Shown: positions 60,065 to 64,000 of the stretch, piece after piece | Position numbering within the stretch: position 1 is the first letter of the stretch | How the letters are laid out: each line of letters opens with the position of its first letter | Source of the DNA: a virus | Lineage: Duplodnaviria; Heunggongvirae; Uroviricota; Caudoviricetes | DNA length: 64,000 nt | Strand: one strand, 5' to 3' | Virus record (IMG/VR): IMGVR_UViG_3300049049_000146 | Span: 3,216 to 67,215 of that record | The notes under the pieces: model-generated | What the model was told of the DNA's origin: nothing | What the model saw: the letters and a program-made list of their open reading frames with translations, nothing else | The model's database searches: none | Program-made: the position numbers and the translations under genes

Positions 60065-60306
60065 CAGTCCTCGCTAGCGAGCTTACGTGCTTGCCACATG
60101 AACACAGCGAAGAACAGCGTGGCTACAACTGCTCCAGTCATGCGAATCCAGTTCTCTTCGCCGACCCAGCAGAAGTAGAAACCACCTGCCGTCGCAAGCA
60201 CCGACAGAGTCAGTGCGAGGATACGGACCCACTTCGACGGCGGACTAGGCGCGATGTGCTTGTCCATGAGTGCTGCGGCGAAAAGGAGAGCGATCAGGTT
60301 GTGCAT
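60064..60306 (-). CDS. membrane protein
   Basis: hydrophobic helices. Confidence 0.7.
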   Translation of the reverse strand: MHNLIALLFAAALMDKHIAPSPPSKWVRILALTLSVLATAGGFYFCWVGEENWIRMTGAVVATLFFAVFMWQARKLASED

Positions 60307-60309
60307 TTA

Positions 60310-60654
60310 TTACCTCTTGAATCGGAATTTGCGAGCAGCCCGAGCGCCACGCTGAATGGCACGACGCAGGCGCTTACGCATGAACGGGAGGAACTCGGAA
60401 TTGTATCCGTGCTTGCTGTAGGTTCCGCTGTTCACGCACAGGTTCTCGGGGTCAAGCGGATGGAAGAACTCCCCATACGTCGACATGGGCTCCCAATCCT
60501 GCATGATGGTCCCGCAGCGTCGGCATACTGCCTTGGCACTCCACCGCCCACGCTGGAGGAGAATCTCCTCGAACGCTTTGACTTCTCTCTGCTGAGGCGG
60601 ACTTAGCCAGGAAGACCTGGGGTGCTTCTTTCGTCTAACGACCTTTTCCTGCAT
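60310..60654 (-). CDS. basic hypothetical protein (CRRC)
   Basis: coupled ORF. Confidence 0.65.
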   Translation of the reverse strand: MQEKVVRRKKHPRSSWLSPPQQREVKAFEEILLQRGRWSAKAVCRRCGTIMQDWEPMSTYGEFFHPLDPENLCVNSGTYSKHGYNSEFLPFMRKRLRRAIQRGARAARKFRFKR

Positions 60655-60838
60655 TGCGATTCTTCTTTCGTGACTTGCGAGCGGCCTTGGCCTTCTCGCG
60701 CGCCCGCTTCTTTTCCGCCTTCAAGTCGCGGTTCACATCGCCCCGCTGGGGCTGGAACGTGCGAACGAACGGAGGAGAATTACCAGGCTCGCCAAGGGGC
60801 CAGACTACTTCGTTGGACTTCGGAGTTTCGGGGCTCAT
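60635..60838 (-). CDS. basic hypothetical protein
   Basis: K/R-rich C-terminus; ATGA overlap. Confidence 0.6.
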   Translation of the reverse strand: MSPETPKSNEVVWPLGEPGNSPPFVRTFQPQRGDVNRDLKAEKKRAREKAKAARKSRKKNRNAGKGR

Positions 60839-61050
60839 GCCCCGTATTTTACAGATTTCCTGCTACGAGTCACGACGGCCGTTTCGATTCTGAAACGGAG
60901 CGACGCATTCGATTCATCAGGACGGCGGACCAAACCGAATTGTTCCGCGTACTTATCGAGCATTTCGGCTTCCTTCCGGGTGGACCACTTCAGGTACCAC
61001 AGGAAGGCTGCGACTAGTGCGACGGAACCGAGAACCAGAAGCGTAACCAT
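60835..61050 (-). CDS. membrane-anchored hypothetical protein
   Basis: SD GGAGG; TM helix. Confidence 0.65.
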   Translation of the reverse strand: MVTLLVLGSVALVAAFLWYLKWSTRKEAEMLDKYAEQFGLVRRPDESNASLRFRIETAVVTRSRKSVKYGA

Positions 61051-61367
61051 TCGCGCCCCTCCACCATGATCTCGTGATCGTACTTGTCGAGGCGGGTGCT
61101 CCAACCTTCTTGCGTGTTGTGGTTCTGAGCAACCACCCCGTACTTCGCAAGCTCGTCAGGAGTCATTCGATCTAGTGCCCGCTTGATGCGCAGCATCCGA
61201 ATCGAATTCTTCGTAGCGTCCCGCTGCATCGCGCTGTGACGAAACATCGGATGGCGCCGTGTCAGCAGGCAGAAATGCAAATGCCTCAGGAAGCCATGCT
61301 CGTCCGACTCGTACATGCACTGGAAGAGTGCACGTTTGGTCTCGAACAATTCCTCGTCGTCTTCCAT
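61014..61367 (-). CDS. hypothetical protein
   Basis: SD TAGGAGG. Confidence 0.7.
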   Translation of the reverse strand: MEDDEELFETKRALFQCMYESDEHGFLRHLHFCLLTRRHPMFRHSAMQRDATKNSIRMLRIKRALDRMTPDELAKYGVVAQNHNTQEGWSTRLDKYDHEIMVEGREWLRFWFSVPSH

Positions 61368-61376
61368 GCGACCTCC

Positions 61377-61414
61377 TAAAACGAGAAAGGGAGGCACCTT
61401 TCGATGCCTCCCCT
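61377..61414 (-). terminator. terminator-like hairpin
   Basis: AAGGGAGGCA-TCGAAAGG-TGCCTCCCTT, tail TCTCGTTTTA. Confidence 0.8.
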
Positions 61415-61418
61415 TCGT

Positions 61419-61883
61419 CTACTTCCGTGCGATGTTCTCGTAGCGATACGAGCGCTGGACTTCCTTGTTCGCGGGCAGCAGCGTCGTGATGTCCGGCTGA
61501 ATCATCACGCCCGTGCCGTCGTCGTTCTCGATGAACTTGACGTCGGCCTTACCCAGCCACCGCTCCCTGTACCTCTCGGCGTGAAACACCGGCTCGTCAG
61601 CTTCACGCCTGATGAACTTGAACCGGCTCAGCTGGTCAGGGTGCCAGTCAAGCATCATCCAGATATCCACCGCGAGGGTGCGGTAGCCACGGGCGGAGTA
61701 GGCTCGCTCCCAGAACGCCCACTTGTTGAGGTACTTCTCGAAGCCGACACACTCTCCGGCCATCACGATCGAATTGACCAGGTCGCCGAAGAGAATGCCG
61801 ATCTCCGTGTACTCCTCCCAGACCTCCTCGTCGCTGAGGAGAGAAGGGAACCAACGGAAAAGGAATCGCCGCAGTCCGTACAT
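61419..61883 (-). CDS. hypothetical protein
   Basis: TGATG coupling. Confidence 0.8.
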   Translation of the reverse strand: MYGLRRFLFRWFPSLLSDEEVWEEYTEIGILFGDLVNSIVMAGECVGFEKYLNKWAFWERAYSARGYRTLAVDIWMMLDWHPDQLSRFKFIRREADEPVFHAERYRERWLGKADVKFIENDDGTGVMIQPDITTLLPANKEVQRSYRYENIARK

Positions 61884-62158
61884 CAGATCGCCGGCCCTCG
61901 GTGAGCGGCCAGGTGCGCAATGTCGACTCCGTCCACGGACTGAATCGTCGTAAGCACGCGGTCCGCGTCGCGGCAGTCCCGGCAGTTCGCCATGAACATG
62001 GCGCGGAATCGCGCGCTCTCATGGTCGGGGAACAGCTGCTCGACGTCGCACTTGGAGAGCACTCCCTCAGCAATCAGCACGTCGATCTTGTCGTCGATCT
62101 CACGAGCAACCTGCCAGATCTCACGGTCGGGATTCAGGTGAACAGCAATCTGCGTCAT
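61883..62158 (-). CDS. possible subtilase-prodomain (I9)-like protein
   Basis: SD GAGGAGG; EQLFP..F....V...I.S..GVD.A pattern. Confidence 0.4.
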   Translation of the reverse strand: MTQIAVHLNPDREIWQVAREIDDKIDVLIAEGVLSKCDVEQLFPDHESARFRAMFMANCRDCRDADRVLTTIQSVDGVDIAHLAAHRGPAI

Positions 62159-62171
62159 GACTACCTCCTCC

Positions 62172-62654
62172 TCAGCGAATATCTCGAACCCAAACGAGCG
62201 TCTGTCCGTCTTCACTCACAGCAACGTATGAGCGCTTCTCGATGATGCGCCGGACGTTCCTACGAAAAGCTGCGTCGTCTCCCTTGCAGGCGTCGTCCAT
62301 CGTGGAGACGTCATCGAGCAACTGCCACAGGTATTCCCTGTCGCTCATCGAGTCCACCCGGGCCTGCTCCCGTGCCACCATTTCGGCGGCCTCGTCCATC
62401 TTCTTGCGGAACTCAGAGACCGTAATTCCCTGCTCGTCCGCGATGCGCTTCATCGCTTGCAGGTATTTAGGCGGCTGGCCGATCTCCTTGACTCGCGCCC
62501 TGGCCCACGACTCCGCAGCATGAATCGCTGCGTCCTCATTACCATTCACGACCTGGAAGGTTCGCGGCTTTCCGGTAGGAAGGTCGCCGAACTTGATCTG
62601 AATCTCGACAGTTCCTGCGACCTTGTCGAGACGCCATTCGTAATTGTACGTCAC
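62172..62654 (-). CDS. hypothetical protein
   Basis: GTGA overlap. Confidence 0.7.
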   Translation of the reverse strand: MTYNYEWRLDKVAGTVEIQIKFGDLPTGKPRTFQVVNGNEDAAIHAAESWARARVKEIGQPPKYLQAMKRIADEQGITVSEFRKKMDEAAEMVAREQARVDSMSDREYLWQLLDDVSTMDDACKGDDAAFRRNVRRIIEKRSYVAVSEDGQTLVWVRDIR

Positions 62655-62860
62655 TTCTTCTCCTGAAATCGACGCGGGTGAAACGAGCAGAAATCGTTGT
62701 TAGAATCGCTCGTGAATCCGAACAACGTACAGCGATACAGGTGACCGCAATCTGAGCACTTCTTCCCTTCCGGGAGGACCATGCATTTGCTTGCGTGCTC
62801 ACCTGCACACTCGCCACCGTCTTTGCCGTGGTCTACACAGCACCCATGACGCGTCGTCAC
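62651..62860 (-). CDS. Cys/His-rich small protein
   Basis: CC.DH..C..C..C.DC.H..C..C. Confidence 0.65.
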   Translation of the reverse strand: MTTRHGCCVDHGKDGGECAGEHASKCMVLPEGKKCSDCGHLYRCTLFGFTSDSNNDFCSFHPRRFQEKK

Positions 62861-63075
62861 TCTGCACCGTCCTTGTAGTATTCAGGGAACATCTTCGTGT
62901 GCTTCAGCATCATCACCGCCCAGAGTGCCCACGCCGGTCCCTGCTTCACTGTCTCAACGCCGATGTTGCAATCGTCCGCGAGCCACATGAATTTCCACCA
63001 GAACTTCTCGTCATGGCGGAGCGGGACTTCTTCCACGGGACCCCGCGGAGGCTTGGTCGGAACCCGATAGACCAT
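62857..63075 (-). CDS. hypothetical protein
   Basis: coupled ORF. Confidence 0.65.
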   Translation of the reverse strand: MVYRVPTKPPRGPVEEVPLRHDEKFWWKFMWLADDCNIGVETVKQGPAWALWAVMMLKHTKMFPEYYKDGAE

Positions 63076-63080
63076 TCAAG

Positions 63081-63344
63081 TCACCACGTATCAGGTCGTG
63101 CCTTGAATTCCTCGACGTCGGGAACCTCTTCGATCCAGTACCAGCCGTCGTCCGGCCACTTCGGAATGAACGGCTTCTTGAGCCAATGCTCGTGGACACG
63201 AGCATCAAGCCTGGCCTTCACCGTTTCTGCTTCTTCCTTCGTATCGAAGAGGAGGGCTTCAGCATGTACGATGCTGATATCGCCCTCGGTGTCCGTGAGA
63301 TATGCCCAGGTTTGATCAGCAGGAGCAGCTACGACGTACTTCAT
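63081..63344 (-). CDS. hypothetical protein
   Basis: ATGA overlap. Confidence 0.7.
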   Translation of the reverse strand: MKYVVAAPADQTWAYLTDTEGDISIVHAEALLFDTKEEAETVKARLDARVHEHWLKKPFIPKWPDDGWYWIEEVPDVEEFKARPDTW

Positions 63345-63589
63345 AGATTTGCTACTCGACTCTTCGTCTGGTCGCGGCTGTACCGCGTCTCAAATTGAGT
63401 CCCGGTGAACGGGTCGATATCCAGCACTCGGCCACTCTCCGAGTGCTCGACCGTGAGAGGCGTGCCGTATCCTCCCGTCTGCACCTTGCGGCACCTCGTC
63501 TTGCCACAATGACACGATCGGACTTCGCCCCTCGGGGTCATAACATCGCCGCAGTTTCCACAGTAGACGATCTTCACAGGATTTTGCAC
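63341..63589 (-). CDS. zinc-ribbon protein
   Basis: CGNCGD..SCHCG. Confidence 0.7.
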   Translation of the reverse strand: MQNPVKIVYCGNCGDVMTPRGEVRSCHCGKTRCRKVQTGGYGTPLTVEHSESGRVLDIDPFTGTQFETRYSRDQTKSRVANL

Positions 63590-64000
63590 TCCCTTCGTCC
63601 GTCCCGGTACACAGAGACGAGGACACGCACACGAAGTCCTGCGTGGAGTCCGCGCTGCGCCTCCTCGAATCCCTCCGGGCGATGGGCCTTGGCGACAATC
63701 TTATTGTCTACCCATTCATTACAGTCGCCATCCTCGAATCCCCACGACATATTGAACTGCTCAATCGCGGAGATGTGACGCCCCTTACGTCGACGGATAG
63801 GCTTTCCGGTTTCGTCTACTGCGTAATTGCAGACGCCGTTACCGCCATCGAAGAGGCCGACGGCATTGATTCCGGGGACGCTGACCCACACGACGTAGCG
63901 AGTAACAGGCGTTTCTACGGCACCCCCGAGGCTAGCGAGTGCCTTCTTCGAGGTGTGCTTGACGGTGCCCGTTTCCTTGCAGACAGGGCAGCCCTCAGAC
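63574..64000 (-). CDS. hypothetical protein, 5' end outside window
   Basis: frame open to window edge (..CPVCKETG..). Confidence 0.6.
   Translation of the reverse strand, partial: SEGCPVCKETGTVKHTSKKALASLGGAVETPVTRYVVWVSVPGINAVGLFDGGNGVCNYAVDETGKPIRRRKGRHISAIEQFNMSWGFEDGDCNEWVDNKIVAKAHRPEGFEEAQRGLHAGLRVRVLVSVYRDGRRECKIL

Noticed and set aside
192-63778. Many long plus-strand ORFs in the six-frame track (e.g. 19761-20687, 49629-50438, 51715-52515)
   Set aside because: They are antisense shadows of coupled minus-strand genes in GC-rich DNA, with no SD and R/P/S-rich translations. Only 39883, 52832 and 55169 are credible plus-strand genes.
1-64000. CRISPR array, stop-codon recoding, reverse transcriptase/DGR or transposon
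   Set aside because: No regularly spaced repeat-spacer array, genes are intact and coupled under the standard code, and no RT, transposase or terminal inverted repeats were seen.

Overview
A 64-kb slice of a large, GC-rich (roughly 60-65% by eye) dsDNA phage genome, most likely its early/accessory region. The host is probably a myxobacterium or another deltaproteobacterium; this is an inference from a myxobacterial-type STAS-like gene, the GC content and an H1/HMGA-like protein. About 155 short, tightly packed and often translationally coupled ORFs lie on the minus strand. Only three genes face the other way: groES and two large fibre/decoration-like genes that share an N-terminal domain. I found no capsid, terminase, polymerase, integrase or CRISPR array. 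Recognisable products are GroES, tRNA-Glu(TTC), a Poa1p/TARG1-like macrodomain, a COG4339-type HD hydrolase, DUF3268 and DUF6011 proteins, a receiver domain next to a cyclic-phosphate-processing receiver domain, a PEP-utiliser phospho-His domain fusion, a HipA-N/HipS-like fusion, three Cys-His-Asp transglutaminase-like proteins and an XRE-type HTH protein. The strongest signals are non-coding. (1) A 17-bp motif, AAAVYCC-N3-GATRNTA, occurs 25 times, always on the minus strand, with G seven bases downstream in 22 of 25 copies, so it looks like a phage promoter. (2) A family of terminator-like hairpins has a conserved split U-tract/TTTAA tail; many sit just upstream of that promoter and some are exact duplicates. 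(3) Several 5' leaders carry hairpins whose sequence varies but whose structure is kept. (4) A roughly 350-nt promoter-to-terminator unit (29195-29546) folds into stacked helices and matches no RNA family I recognise. (5) A 100-nt multibranch RNA (32813-32912) is closed by a perfect 16-bp stem. All counts come from a manual scan, family calls rest on remembered motifs, and no database search was run.
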